Source of the DNA: Candidatus Babeliales bacterium
GTDB lineage: Bacteria; Babelota; Babeliae; Babelales; JACPOV01
Reading direction: 5' to 3'
Length of the DNA stretch: 64,000 bases
Assembly: GCA_020054235.1 (NCBI GenBank)
Contig: JAGVLQ010000025.1
Coordinates: 922-64,921, forward strand
Below, one piece after another: positions 18,428 to 27,535 of this stretch. The translations under genes were made by a program, and so were the position numbers. The first letter of the stretch is position 1, and each line of letters starts with the position of its first letter. Below the pieces are notes generated by a model. It had not been told where the DNA came from. It saw nothing but the letters and a program-made list of their open reading frames with translations, and did not search any database.

Positions 18428-18562
18428 ATGAAATCCCTAAATCCTTTTTCATTAGCCTTTAAGGTTTGCCTCTTAATTGTTTTGGCCTATTTGACAAAAC
18501 CATCGTTGCTACAAAAAAATACGCGTACTCAAAAAAACAGTATACACTATCGCAAATCTTGA
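18428..18562 (+). CDS. possible small membrane protein (44 aa)
   Basis: Not in the ORF track because it is too short. ATG preceded by GGAGAAAG. Product MKSLNPFSLAFKVCLLIVLAYLTKPSLLQKNTRTQKNSIHYRKS has one hydrophobic helix. There is no other support. Confidence 0.25.
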   Translation: MKSLNPFSLAFKVCLLIVLAYLTKPSLLQKNTRTQKNSIHYRKS

Positions 18563-18730
18563 TTAGCGTAACGAGGCGATACATCCAAACTCATCGAACC
18601 TATAGCGCTCATTGAGTAATCTTTCCTTTTTTCCAGGCCTCCATGGACAATCAGCCTTCTTGCTATATTGGCAATTCCTGTTATCCTTAAAAAGATTGCT
18701 ATTACCGCTAAAATCTGCTCTGGAGGCTTT

Positions 18731-19564
18731 ATGAAAACCGTTTTCCGATCTAAATTAATTTCTATTTGTGTATTATTTTCAATCCTAACTTCAACACTTT
18801 TTCCTGCAAACCTTATTTTTGACATGGAAGGCGTTTTAGTCAAACGAAGTAAGCTTTCAGCCTGCTTGAATATCGGCCTGAGCAAATTTTTAGGACTTTA
18901 TAATCCGTTAAACATAGAACAAAAACTTTTCGATTTTCTTAACCTTCTTATACCTCGCAATCCAGAATCACCTGAAGTTATTAACAATGGTAAAGTATTG
19001 CCACAAATTATGTGCGATTGGCTAACCGGCGATAAAACCACTGAAGAAATCCGTGCCATTGTTGAACTAGGCCTAGAAAAGCATGATTCCTTTTTTACTA
19101 CCAATAGCCAAAAAGGACTAATTGCTGCTATGGCGGAGTTTATGTTCACACCGGAAAGACTCATCAAAGCAATTTATCCGGTCAAAGATGCTGTAAAATT
19201 AGTAAAAAAATGTCATGGAAAAACAGACAAAAACGGACACAAAAATCGCATTTTTATTCTGACTAATTGGGATGCAGAATCCTTCCCGCTTTTATATCGC
19301 ACAAAAGCACTACGCCATCTTTTCCAACGGGCTGATGGGATTGTTGTTTCCGGCAGCGTGCATCTTCTAAAGCCTGATCCCACAATTTTTGCCTACCTTT
19401 GTGATACGTTCACCATTGATCCGGAAAAAGAACTCACTGTTTTTGTTGATGACACCTTAGCAAATTTGCAACCCGCTAAAGAGTTTGGCATTCATACAAT
19501 TCATTGCCAAAATACAAATATTCATGCAGTTAAAAGAGAGTTCAAGAATCTCGGTGTTCTTTAA
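18731..19564 (+). CDS. HAD-superfamily hydrolase with N-terminal signal/anchor
   Basis: The ATG at 18731 follows GGAGG; the track start 18668 is an extension. HAD motifs: I LIFDMEGVLV, II ILTNWD, III LLKPDP, IV FVDDTLAN. Confidence 0.75.
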   Translation: MKTVFRSKLISICVLFSILTSTLFPANLIFDMEGVLVKRSKLSACLNIGLSKFLGLYNPLNIEQKLFDFLNLLIPRNPESPEVINNGKVLPQIMCDWLTGDKTTEEIRAIVELGLEKHDSFFTTNSQKGLIAAMAEFMFTPERLIKAIYPVKDAVKLVKKCHGKTDKNGHKNRIFILTNWDAESFPLLYRTKALRHLFQRADGIVVSGSVHLLKPDPTIFAYLCDTFTIDPEKELTVFVDDTLANLQPAKEFGIHTIHCQNTNIHAVKREFKNLGVL

Positions 19565-19572
19565 TCTAAAAA

Positions 19573-20150
19573 ACCTCACGGCCCTATGCGGGCAGCACTA
19601 GATGTTTTGCTTGCCCAAAACATCTAGGACTAAAAGGGCACATAAGAGAAGGTTCTCTTATGTATCTCTCTACGCTCGTAACTCGGCCCTAATTTTAATA
19701 AAATTGAGGGCCTCAAACAGTGACGAGCTAATAATGTTAAAATTTCCTATTTATTCATTTCTTTATTCGGTAGCGCTCGAATAGTTCGCTATCGCTCATC
19801 TCTCGCAGAATTAAATTAATTTTTTTTCGTAGAAAAAATAATTTTGACTCGCGATTCTTCGACGAGCTCAGAATGAGCGGAATACATACCTTTTTCGCTT
19901 GCCCGCCATAGCTTTAGCGACGGCTGGGAGCGCTTCAAAATAAAAAAAATGACTAAATAAGATGTTTTTAACTTTTTTAGCTCGCCCTGTATGAGCGTTC
20001 TCAATTTTTTCTAAAAAAAAAATTAGAATGCGAGTTCGAGCGTACGGCAATCCAACAGCATGTTGGTGTATTTTTTGTCCAGCATTTTTTGTACAAGCAA
20101 AAAATACTGGTGCTGTGCGCAGAGCACCGAGAGATTTTAAAATGAAGTAA
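19573..20150 (+). repeat. copy 1 of a hairpin-rich noncoding repeat of about 0.55 kb (candidate structured RNA or nonautonomous element)
   Basis: Aligns end to end with 54717..55255 in the same orientation, except for an inverted central module. Multiple conserved or covarying hairpins. The track ORFs inside are not conserved between copies. The strand of any transcript is unknown. Confidence 0.8.
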
Positions 20151-20194
20151 TGTTCAAGTTTCAAAGAAAAAAAGAAAAAAAATTTTTTAAAAAA

Positions 20195-20992
20195 CTAGAC
20201 GTAATCCACTTTCTTTTTAAAAAAGTAGCACGCTAAAAAATAACAGAGTATCGAGAAAAAAAGTAGCGCAGCAACAACACTTGGTAATGAAAAGAACTTG
20301 TCTCCGCCAATAATAGCTGTTCTGATTCCTTCCGTAATATACAATAGCGGATTAAATAACGACACCGCACCAAGCAACGTTGAATATTTAACCATAACTG
20401 ACCAAGGGATAAATAAGCCACCGAGTGTAATCATCGGGTTATTAAAGCGCATCCAAAAGTTGCCGATTTTTTGCGTACTTTCAATAAAACATACCATGAA
20501 CATATTAAAAGCTGCACAAAAAAGTGAGCCAAGCAGCAACACCAGTATTAATGCCGGCCAAGAGAGCGCTGCTGCATAAAAATAGCTACCCAATAAAATG
20601 TTGGCAATAGGATAAAACAGCACCACCGACAAAAAAGTAATAACGGTAGAAAAGACAATTTTTTGCAGTAAAATTAGTGGCGGGTCAAGCGTTATCATTT
20701 GGTAATCAATAAAACGATCATGCTCAAGGTCAAACAACAAATCCAAGTTAAGTAAAAAAGCTAAGGGAAACATGCTCCACAAAATACAGCCAACAAAAAA
20801 AGTGGTTGTTTGCACCGGTGTTGGATTGATCATATTACTATTGGGCAAAAAGTAGCCAAACGCAATGGTCATAGTTATCGGTACAATCGTACCAAAATTT
20901 ATTAAGATGCGCCGCCAACTAGTGCGAAAGACATAAAAGTCACGCATCAAAAAATAACCAAAAACATGCACTCGGTGCATAATGGTATTCAT
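20195..20992 (-). CDS. ABC-2 type transporter permease
   Basis: The ATG at 20992 follows GAGGA; the track start 21010 is TTG. Six hydrophobic helices. Paralogous to the upstream permease. Located in an operon with the ABC ATPase. Confidence 0.75.
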   Translation of the reverse strand: MNTIMHRVHVFGYFLMRDFYVFRTSWRRILINFGTIVPITMTIAFGYFLPNSNMINPTPVQTTTFFVGCILWSMFPLAFLLNLDLLFDLEHDRFIDYQMITLDPPLILLQKIVFSTVITFLSVVLFYPIANILLGSYFYAAALSWPALILVLLLGSLFCAAFNMFMVCFIESTQKIGNFWMRFNNPMITLGGLFIPWSVMVKYSTLLGAVSLFNPLLYITEGIRTAIIGGDKFFSLPSVVAALLFFSILCYFLACYFFKKKVDYV

Positions 20993-20994
20993 AG

Positions 20995-21792
20995 TTATCC
21001 TCGCACCCAATCAAGGCGTTGTAATAAAATGGTTAGCAATAAACCAATACACAAACTAGAAAAAAACCAAATAACCGCAAAACAAATCCACACTGAAATA
21101 AAATGACCACCGCCCAATAAGCTTGCACGCAACCCTTCCACGCAATAGGTCATGGGATTAAATAACAATGCTGATGCAAATAATGGCGAAAAGGCATACG
21201 CTTTGCTCCAGGGATAAAATAAACAACCAAGCAAATGGAGCGGGGATAAAACGCGCTGCCAAATATTAAACTTGAACCATTCAAATGAAACAGCATATAC
21301 CAATGACGAAAAAAATGCTGAAAGCAAAAGCATAACCCCGCAGTAAACACCAATAAAAGCAAACCAATTGGCAGCTGAAAGGTCAAGGCGTGCGCCAAGC
21401 ATTATTTTGCCCATAATTAAAATTGGCAATGTTGTGCACAAACAATGTAATGCATAACTTGCAACCTGCGCTCCTAAAAACCAGCGATTGCCAATAGGCA
21501 AAATTCTCCGGTAATCAATAAAATATGAAAATTCTCGATCAGCCAAATCATTAATTGCACGCGAGAAACCTACAAAAAGTATGCTGCCTATAACGGTCCC
21601 TAAAAAGGTTGAAGCAACGAGCTTCGTGTCAATTCCCACGAGCGGGCCAAGCGAACCAAAAACAAAATTGAAAAAAAATACCGTAATACCGGTATTGATC
21701 AAATCATCCCACAGACGCTTGAGAATAATTACGCGCATATCACGCGCAATCAATTGGTAGGCAACCAACACATTTTGTTTAAGGCTGTTCAT
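20995..21792 (-). CDS. ABC-2 type transporter permease
   Basis: Polytopic membrane protein that overlaps the ATPase gene end by 14 nt. Confidence 0.75.
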   Translation of the reverse strand: MNSLKQNVLVAYQLIARDMRVIILKRLWDDLINTGITVFFFNFVFGSLGPLVGIDTKLVASTFLGTVIGSILFVGFSRAINDLADREFSYFIDYRRILPIGNRWFLGAQVASYALHCLCTTLPILIMGKIMLGARLDLSAANWFAFIGVYCGVMLLLSAFFSSLVYAVSFEWFKFNIWQRVLSPLHLLGCLFYPWSKAYAFSPLFASALLFNPMTYCVEGLRASLLGGGHFISVWICFAVIWFFSSLCIGLLLTILLQRLDWVRG

Positions 21793-22534
21793 TTTCTTCT
21801 TTCACCAACTCTAAAAAAATCTCTTCGAGCGTTTCTTTTTTATGCCTTTCTTTCAGGTCATGGACCGTTGCGGTCATGATAATTTTGCCACGAGAAAGCA
21901 TGCACACGCGATCTGAAAGTTTTTCCGCTTCTTCAAGATAGTGCGTAGTTAAAATAACCGTTTTGCCTTGTTGTTTTAACGCGCGAATCACGTCCCACAA
22001 TTGGCGCCGAATGTCTGGGTCTAGCCCAACGGTTGGTTCATCAAGAATAACAAGTTTAGGTTCATGCATTAAAGCCCGCGCAATGAGCACACGCTGCTTG
22101 TAGCCGCCTGAAAGTGCATTGACGTTAAATTTGGCATACTTTTCTAATCCAAACTGCTGCATTAAGCGCTCAACGCGCTCATTGATGGTTTTTGCATCAA
22201 GCAAAAAGTAGCGCCCGGCAAAAACAAGATTTTCCCGCACATTCAATTGGGTATCCAGATTTGCTTTTTGTGGGCAAAAACCCATAGCATAACGATATGG
22301 TAATAAGTTGGAATAAATCGAAGCATCGTGATACAAAACGTCGCCGCTGGTTGGCGGATGTAACGTTGCTATAATTGAAGAAAGCGTTGTTTTGCCTGCA
22401 CCATTGACTCCAAGCAATGAGAGAATTTCACCTTGGTAAATGTCGAGGCTAATATCATTGAGCGCATGAACAGCGCCAAGAGCAGCCTGATAAATTTTTG
22501 AAACATTTTTGACATGCACTAAGCGTTGAGCCAT
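21779..22534 (-). CDS. ABC transporter ATP-binding protein
   Basis: Walker A GVNGAGKTT, signature LSGGYKQRV, Walker B LVILDEPTVGLD, H-loop TTHYLEE. Confidence 0.92.
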   Translation of the reverse strand: MAQRLVHVKNVSKIYQAALGAVHALNDISLDIYQGEILSLLGVNGAGKTTLSSIIATLHPPTSGDVLYHDASIYSNLLPYRYAMGFCPQKANLDTQLNVRENLVFAGRYFLLDAKTINERVERLMQQFGLEKYAKFNVNALSGGYKQRVLIARALMHEPKLVILDEPTVGLDPDIRRQLWDVIRALKQQGKTVILTTHYLEEAEKLSDRVCMLSRGKIIMTATVHDLKERHKKETLEEIFLELVKEENEQP

Positions 22535-22665
22535 AAAAAATCCTTTGTAGTTTTAATTATGATAGCAAAAAAAATGCAATATAAAAAGGATATTCTTTAC
22601 ATGAAAAGCTTTGATTGCGTAGACTAAAAGTAGAAAGAACGGGAATTAACAAATGAAAGCTCATC

Positions 22666-23445
22666 ATGAAAAAAATAGTTTTTTTATTATTAGCTATCGC
22701 CCAAAATCTTGGGGCCGCACCTGGACTGCGCATAAACACACAGCAGGCGCAAGAAATTGGTAAAAAAATTTGGCAGAATGAATGTAACGGCACCGTTGAA
22801 GGCTTAACCAGCTGGAATGATGGCGAACAATTTGCATCGTTAGGTATAGGCCATTTTATCTGGTACCCAAAAGGCAAAAAGGGACATTTTAAAGAATCGT
22901 TTCCTTCATTGCTTTCGTACTTGAAAAATCACAATAAAAAAGTGCCACAATGGCTACAACAAGATAATGGGGCACCCTGGTCAGATAAAGCAACCTTCGA
23001 TAAAGCAAAAACCGATAAAAAAATGGAAGAGCTGCGCACACTGTTGCTTGATAGCATTGACTTGCAAACTAAATTTATGGTTGATCGCTTAATTAAAGCA
23101 TTCGCTCATGTTGAAAAAAAGTTTCCTGCAATAAAAGCAGCGCATATCAAAAAACAGTTTTATCGGGTTGCTCACAGCCCTAATGGCCTGTATGCCTTAA
23201 TTGATTACGTAAATTTTAAAGGTGAAGGTTTTGACGCTAAAGAAGCGTATAACAATCACGGCTGGGGGCTTATGCAAGTACTTGAAGAAATGCAAGGAAC
23301 TACGCACGGAAAACCTGCGTTGCAAGAATTTGCCGATGCAGCAAAAAAAGTGCTCACGCGGCGCGTTGAAAATGCACCAAAAAATCGTGATGAAAGTCGC
23401 TGGCTCAAAGGATGGTTCAACCGCATTGAAACCTACGTTTCATAA
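22666..23445 (+). CDS. hypothetical secreted protein
   Basis: Signal-like MKKIVFLLLAIAQNLGA. Conserved-looking block WQNECNGTVEGLTSWNDGEQFASLGIGHFIWYP. I cannot name the family. Confidence 0.65.
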   Translation: MKKIVFLLLAIAQNLGAAPGLRINTQQAQEIGKKIWQNECNGTVEGLTSWNDGEQFASLGIGHFIWYPKGKKGHFKESFPSLLSYLKNHNKKVPQWLQQDNGAPWSDKATFDKAKTDKKMEELRTLLLDSIDLQTKFMVDRLIKAFAHVEKKFPAIKAAHIKKQFYRVAHSPNGLYALIDYVNFKGEGFDAKEAYNNHGWGLMQVLEEMQGTTHGKPALQEFADAAKKVLTRRVENAPKNRDESRWLKGWFNRIETYVS

Positions 23446-23480
23446 AAAAAAAGGCCATTGATTTTCAACAGCCTTTTTTG
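23445..23480 (+). terminator. hairpin plus T-run between convergent genes
   Basis: aaaaaaaggcc..(loop with ttga/tcaa)..ggcctttttt-like imperfect stem followed by TTTTTT. AT-rich, so confidence is moderate. Confidence 0.4.
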
Positions 23481-23504
23481 AAATTAAAAAAATGAAATGA
23501 GTTA

Positions 23505-24074
23505 CTAAAATGGCAGCACACCTAATTTTTGTAATAACCAATAAGCACTAAAGCCTCCAACAAAGGTCATAGTATATTTCAGTAGTGGTGAATTGCCGAA
23601 TCCGTTATATTTATTTAAGCTGGTTGGTTTATTTTCAGTCGATTCTTCACTTGCTTTGCTCATCTGTCTTAATTGTTTTCTTGACTCAGTCGATTCGCAC
23701 ATCTGTCTTAATCGTTTTCTTAAGTTTGTCAGTTGTACAGAATCAAAGCTTAGTAATGCAGCACCTTCTTGTGCAGGAATAGGACTAATTGCTGTAACAT
23801 TTTCTAGAAATGCACAGAACGCACCGACAAATTGTTGCTCCTTTTGACGTGGTGTCAAATTTCCTGTAATCGTAGGTATATTTAATGCACGATGTTGGCC
23901 AAGTACGTCTAATCCTTCATGAGCTTTTTGATTTATTTTGAGTACATTCAGTAGCATTGATGGTTTTTTTTGTTCTGTTTGTTGATTTTCAATTTCTTGC
24001 AACTGATTTTCATCCATTGCCCACAAGGCGCCTGAACTGAGCGTAAGTAAACTTAATAAGAAAAGTTTTTTCAT
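23505..24074 (-). CDS. hypothetical secreted protein with C-terminal hydrophobic anchor
   Basis: Signal-like N-terminus and a C-terminal hydrophobic segment. Contains an internal approximately 15-aa duplication, RKRLRQMCESTES / RKQLRQMSKASEES. Confidence 0.6.
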   Translation of the reverse strand: MKKLFLLSLLTLSSGALWAMDENQLQEIENQQTEQKKPSMLLNVLKINQKAHEGLDVLGQHRALNIPTITGNLTPRQKEQQFVGAFCAFLENVTAISPIPAQEGAALLSFDSVQLTNLRKRLRQMCESTESRKQLRQMSKASEESTENKPTSLNKYNGFGNSPLLKYTMTFVGGFSAYWLLQKLGVLPF

Positions 24075-24221
24075 CGAGATCTCCTGTGTAAAAAAGTTTA
24101 TTATTTGCTGGTAAACTACTCTGATTTCTTTTATTTGTCAAAAACAAAAAGCGGTTGCATTTATTTGAATATGTTTCAAACTTGAAATTTAAAATATAGC
24201 GACAAAAATGAAAGGATCCTC

Positions 24222-24953
24222 ATGAAAAAATTAATAGCCCTTATAGTATTAATCATGATTCCCAATCTTTCGCAAACCATGGAATTAGAAAAAACAACCA
24301 AAAAAATCAAAATAAGTCCCGAAGACAATAAAAAATACGAAAGGGCCGCTTTGTATTGCGCTTGTTTAATAACATGGTTTAAACAAAATTATTACTTTGA
24401 TGAATTTACTACGATTTATTACCATGCAGAAAAGCTCACACCCTTAGAAAAAGAACTTTTTGAAAATATCTTTAAATCAGACGATGACTTTACCAGAAAA
24501 AAACAAATTGCTATTTATAGGGGAATTAAAAAAAACTCTATGATCCACCAAGAAGAAATTTTTTCTTCCCTTGAACAGATCGTTTCTTTATTAGGATATG
24601 CTGATGATCAACCAGAAGATTATTATCTCCTTTCTCGCGAATTGCGTTCTCTATATTCACGATTCTTTACCTGGCCAAAACTCATACAAGATGATGCAAT
24701 TTTGCGTGGCATACACAATAGTCAAATACCGGGACTAAAAAGACAAGAATTGTTAAAAGCTACGCAAGAAGATCAAAAAAGACTTGCTAAACTTTTTAAA
24801 ACTCAAGGTTACAATATCGAAGAACCTAACAAGAGCACAAGTCTTCTATTCAAAAGTCTTGAAGAAATTACTAATAAAAAAGCTGCCGTCAAAATAATCA
24901 CAACTTTCATCAGAAAAAAACAAAAAGAAGTTACTTTAAAGATTACCGGATAA
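24222..24953 (+). CDS. hypothetical secreted protein
   Basis: ATG preceded by AAAGGA. Signal-like MKKLIALIVLIMIPNLS. No recognisable family. Confidence 0.6.
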   Translation: MKKLIALIVLIMIPNLSQTMELEKTTKKIKISPEDNKKYERAALYCACLITWFKQNYYFDEFTTIYYHAEKLTPLEKELFENIFKSDDDFTRKKQIAIYRGIKKNSMIHQEEIFSSLEQIVSLLGYADDQPEDYYLLSRELRSLYSRFFTWPKLIQDDAILRGIHNSQIPGLKRQELLKATQEDQKRLAKLFKTQGYNIEEPNKSTSLLFKSLEEITNKKAAVKIITTFIRKKQKEVTLKITG

Positions 24954-25709
24954 ATAAGCAACTCTTTCATCGAGGTTTGGATGCGTTGAAAATTTGTCAG
25001 CAACCCAAGCTTTTAATTTCGTAAAAACCGACTTGTCTTCATTTGGTAGTTGGTACAACTTCCACAGATCTGCCGCACCCTTGTGGCATTGCAACAACTC
25101 AGCTGATTTGAGATCGGCAGTTCGCTCTTGATAGCGCGCGTAGGCCAATAAGCCAAGCACAATAGCGGTCACATTTGCTGCCGTACCAGCCGTAAAGAGC
25201 GAAAGGCTTTTAATATCTGTTATTTTATTAAGCATAAATACTTCAGAACCTACATACAAAGTAAGCCCCAAACAAAGCACAAGTAACCGACAAAGAACAT
25301 GGTTATCTTTTATATGAATACCCTCATGACCAATTAAAGCTCGCCGTTGTTCAGGTGATAAATAATGCATAAATTTTTCATCAACATAAATGGCATTGGC
25401 TGTAGCTATTGCATTTGCCCTACTAACAACACTAGCAAGACGATCACTCATTTGCTTTACATGGATCTTTTCCTGTTGCAAACCAAGTTCTGACAGAATA
25501 GTACGAATAGAATCTTCTAAGGGGCGAGAGACATTTTCTGAACCTAATACACGAAATTGAAAATCAGTGCTTATCAAAGAACTTATGGTCGCCCAACCTA
25601 CGATGGAGCAATCAACGAAATTTTTGAATTTTTCCGTAACGGAAAATGCTCCACTTTGCCCTATAAAACTGGTAAGCAAAAAAAATAAGAAAAAATATTT
25701 TTTAGACAT
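24936..25709 (-). CDS. M48-family (HtpX/Ste24-like) zinc metallopeptidase
   Basis: The ATG at 25709 follows GGAGG; the track start 25793 is an extension. HEXXH motif in LIGHEGIHIKDNH, followed by hydrophobic helices and a distal Glu region (YQERTADLKSAE). Confidence 0.75.
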   Translation of the reverse strand: MSKKYFFLFFLLTSFIGQSGAFSVTEKFKNFVDCSIVGWATISSLISTDFQFRVLGSENVSRPLEDSIRTILSELGLQQEKIHVKQMSDRLASVVSRANAIATANAIYVDEKFMHYLSPEQRRALIGHEGIHIKDNHVLCRLLVLCLGLTLYVGSEVFMLNKITDIKSLSLFTAGTAANVTAIVLGLLAYARYQERTADLKSAELLQCHKGAADLWKLYQLPNEDKSVFTKLKAWVADKFSTHPNLDERVAYLSGNL

Positions 25710-25886
25710 GTAAAAAACCTCCAAAAAACTTTTTAGTAAACCATAAAATAAAGGTAGCATTCTGCAGCAAAATCCGCAACAGCAAGGCCGCACAGGTTAA
25801 AATATCAAATAATTTCAGATTGAAACAACACTCATTGCAAGCTTACTTGTGTGCTCCATCCCTATCCAAAAACGGCTTAAAATACT

Positions 25887-26687
25887 TTAAACACTCTTGG
25901 GGTATTGCTTTTCTTGTCTTTCACCAATAAAGGGTTTTTCAAATGGTTCATCTATTTTTTTGCTCGTCCCGAAATGCTCCCGTTTTTTATTGCGAATCAA
26001 ACTAACAAAGCGCTTTGCCATGTTAAAGACTGCTGGAATCATTGCAACTTTAAATAAAACAAAAATAGTAAAAGCCAGCATTACGGAAGGTGAAAAGAAA
26101 TCATTAGGACTTGCAAGGCTGGCCAATTGAATGCCAGCAAAAATGTAAACAACCGAAACGGGTATCAGCCCAAGAACCGTAACCCCAACAAAGGATCTGA
26201 GTGAAAGCTTGGTTAAACCAGAAAGCATATTGACCAAACAAAAGGGTAGTACCGCAATCAAGCGAACAATTAAAAGATAATAGCGCCCATGCGTATCAAT
26301 TTCTTGATTAAAGCCGGCTAACTTTTTTTGATATCGATGTTGAACCCAACTGCCAATAAAATAACGAACAGCTAAAAACAACAATAATGCACCTGTTGTA
26401 GCGCCAGCCAAAGCGTAAAGCAATCCTGCCCATCCAAATAAAAGTCCTGCTGCTATAGTAAAAATAGAGGAACCCGGAATCGAAAAGGCCGTAGCGATAA
26501 TAAAACTAACCAAATAAACAGACACTGAAAAAAAATAGTGCTGCGTACAATGCGCTTGCAAACTATGCATATGACTATGCAAATAATCAAGCGTTAAATA
26601 TTCAGAAATATTAAAATATTTGATACAAAAAAAAGTCAGAATAATTATACCAAAAGCTACAAAGGGCTTTTTCGATTGATATGCCAT
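25887..26687 (-). CDS. TVP38/TMEM64 (DedA-superfamily) membrane protein
   Basis: Polytopic. Pattern SIPGSSIFTIAAGLLFGWAGLLYALAGATTGALLLFLAVRY plus LIVRLIAVLPFCLVNMLSGLT is typical of the SNARE-associated/DedA fold. Confidence 0.75.
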   Translation of the reverse strand: MAYQSKKPFVAFGIIILTFFCIKYFNISEYLTLDYLHSHMHSLQAHCTQHYFFSVSVYLVSFIIATAFSIPGSSIFTIAAGLLFGWAGLLYALAGATTGALLLFLAVRYFIGSWVQHRYQKKLAGFNQEIDTHGRYYLLIVRLIAVLPFCLVNMLSGLTKLSLRSFVGVTVLGLIPVSVVYIFAGIQLASLASPNDFFSPSVMLAFTIFVLFKVAMIPAVFNMAKRFVSLIRNKKREHFGTSKKIDEPFEKPFIGERQEKQYPKSV

Positions 26688-26699
26688 AAAAAGTCCTAT

Positions 26700-27389
26700 T
26701 TACTCAAGTGGAGCAGTGGGTTTAATTTTTTTTATCACTAGTGGCACTAATGCTACACAAGCAAGTAATGTCAATGCAATAATCATGGGCCACGATAAAA
26801 TATCCGATGCTTTTTCAAGCGTCATCAATTGCTGTCCAGCAAAGGCATAAATAAAGGACCCTGGCGCAATACCAACCATGGTTGTCCAGACAAAGGTCCA
26901 CCATGAAACACTTGATAAACTAGAAATAATAATAATTATTAGAAATGGCGTAATTGGCAGCAACTGCATAAATAATAAATAACTTGCACCTTGCTTTTGA
27001 AATTGTGCATTAAATTTTTGCAAGGAATTGCCATAACGATGTTCCACCGCAGCGCGCAACAAATAACGAAAAGTAAAAAAAGAAAGCGTAGCACCCAGCG
27101 TAGAACCTAAAATCGCATAAACCGCACCAAGAATTGTCCCAAAAAAAAAGCCGCTTGCTAACGTTAAAAACGGTGTTACGGGAATTGCAAGCATTACGGT
27201 TGCAGCAAAAATTCCAATAAGGGATAAAACAGAAAATCCATAAAATTCTTGAATAAAATTTTGGACAAGCAAACTATCTTTGCGTATTGCCTCCAACGTA
27301 AAATAGTTATGGATACCTAAAATACGCAAAAGAATTATAATGCCGATTAGTGCCAGACCAATTAAAAGACGTTTTTGTATTGCTTTCAC
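26700..27389 (-). CDS. TVP38/TMEM64 (DedA-superfamily) membrane protein, tandem paralogue
   Basis: GTG start preceded by AAGG. Collinear with the upstream paralogue (FLTLASGFFFGTILGAVYAILGSTLGATLSFFTFRY). Confidence 0.75.
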   Translation of the reverse strand: MKAIQKRLLIGLALIGIIILLRILGIHNYFTLEAIRKDSLLVQNFIQEFYGFSVLSLIGIFAATVMLAIPVTPFLTLASGFFFGTILGAVYAILGSTLGATLSFFTFRYLLRAAVEHRYGNSLQKFNAQFQKQGASYLLFMQLLPITPFLIIIIISSLSSVSWWTFVWTTMVGIAPGSFIYAFAGQQLMTLEKASDILSWPMIIALTLLACVALVPLVIKKIKPTAPLE

Positions 27390-27535
27390 GTGATACCTTT
27401 TTTTAGTTTTTTTCCAATTTCATCAGTTTTTGCAAAAAACACAAGTAAACATTTAAATTAACTCTTGCATGAGTTAGCATAATGAGAAAAAAAGAAAAAA
27501 GGCAATTACTTGAACATTAAAAAAAAGGAAAAAAG

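Noticed and set aside
18547-19167. Minus-strand ORFs 18547..18885 and 18898..19167.
   Set aside because: They overlap the HAD hydrolase frame and its upstream region. The HAD frame carries all four family motifs, while these ORFs have no features.
19981-20130. Possibility that the repeat is a group II intron fragment (it contains GTGCG and a CGTACGG string reminiscent of domain V).
   Set aside because: GTGCG lies at the 3' rather than the 5' end of the element. No contiguous 34-nt domain V helix can be drawn, no reverse transcriptase/maturase ORF is present, and the element is far too short.
19602-20164. ORFs inside the repeat copies (19602..19784 +, 19816..20004 -, 19868..20164 -; in copy 2, 54621..54809 + and 54702..54890 -).
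   Set aside because: The homologous DNA is read in different frames or hits stops in the other copy. For example, gggcacataagaga is in frame in copy 1, but in copy 2 the ORF reaches a TAA shortly after it. No coding frame is conserved.
22557-22877. A 106-aa minus-strand ORF overlapping the start of 22666..23445.
   Set aside because: It overlaps a better-supported plus-strand gene that has a signal peptide, and it lies in a divergent promoter region.
23640-23735. Short direct repeats that might suggest a CRISPR-like array.
   Set aside because: There are only two units, they are inside a CDS and in frame, and they encode a duplicated peptide. I saw no repeat-spacer periodicity or cas genes anywhere in the window.
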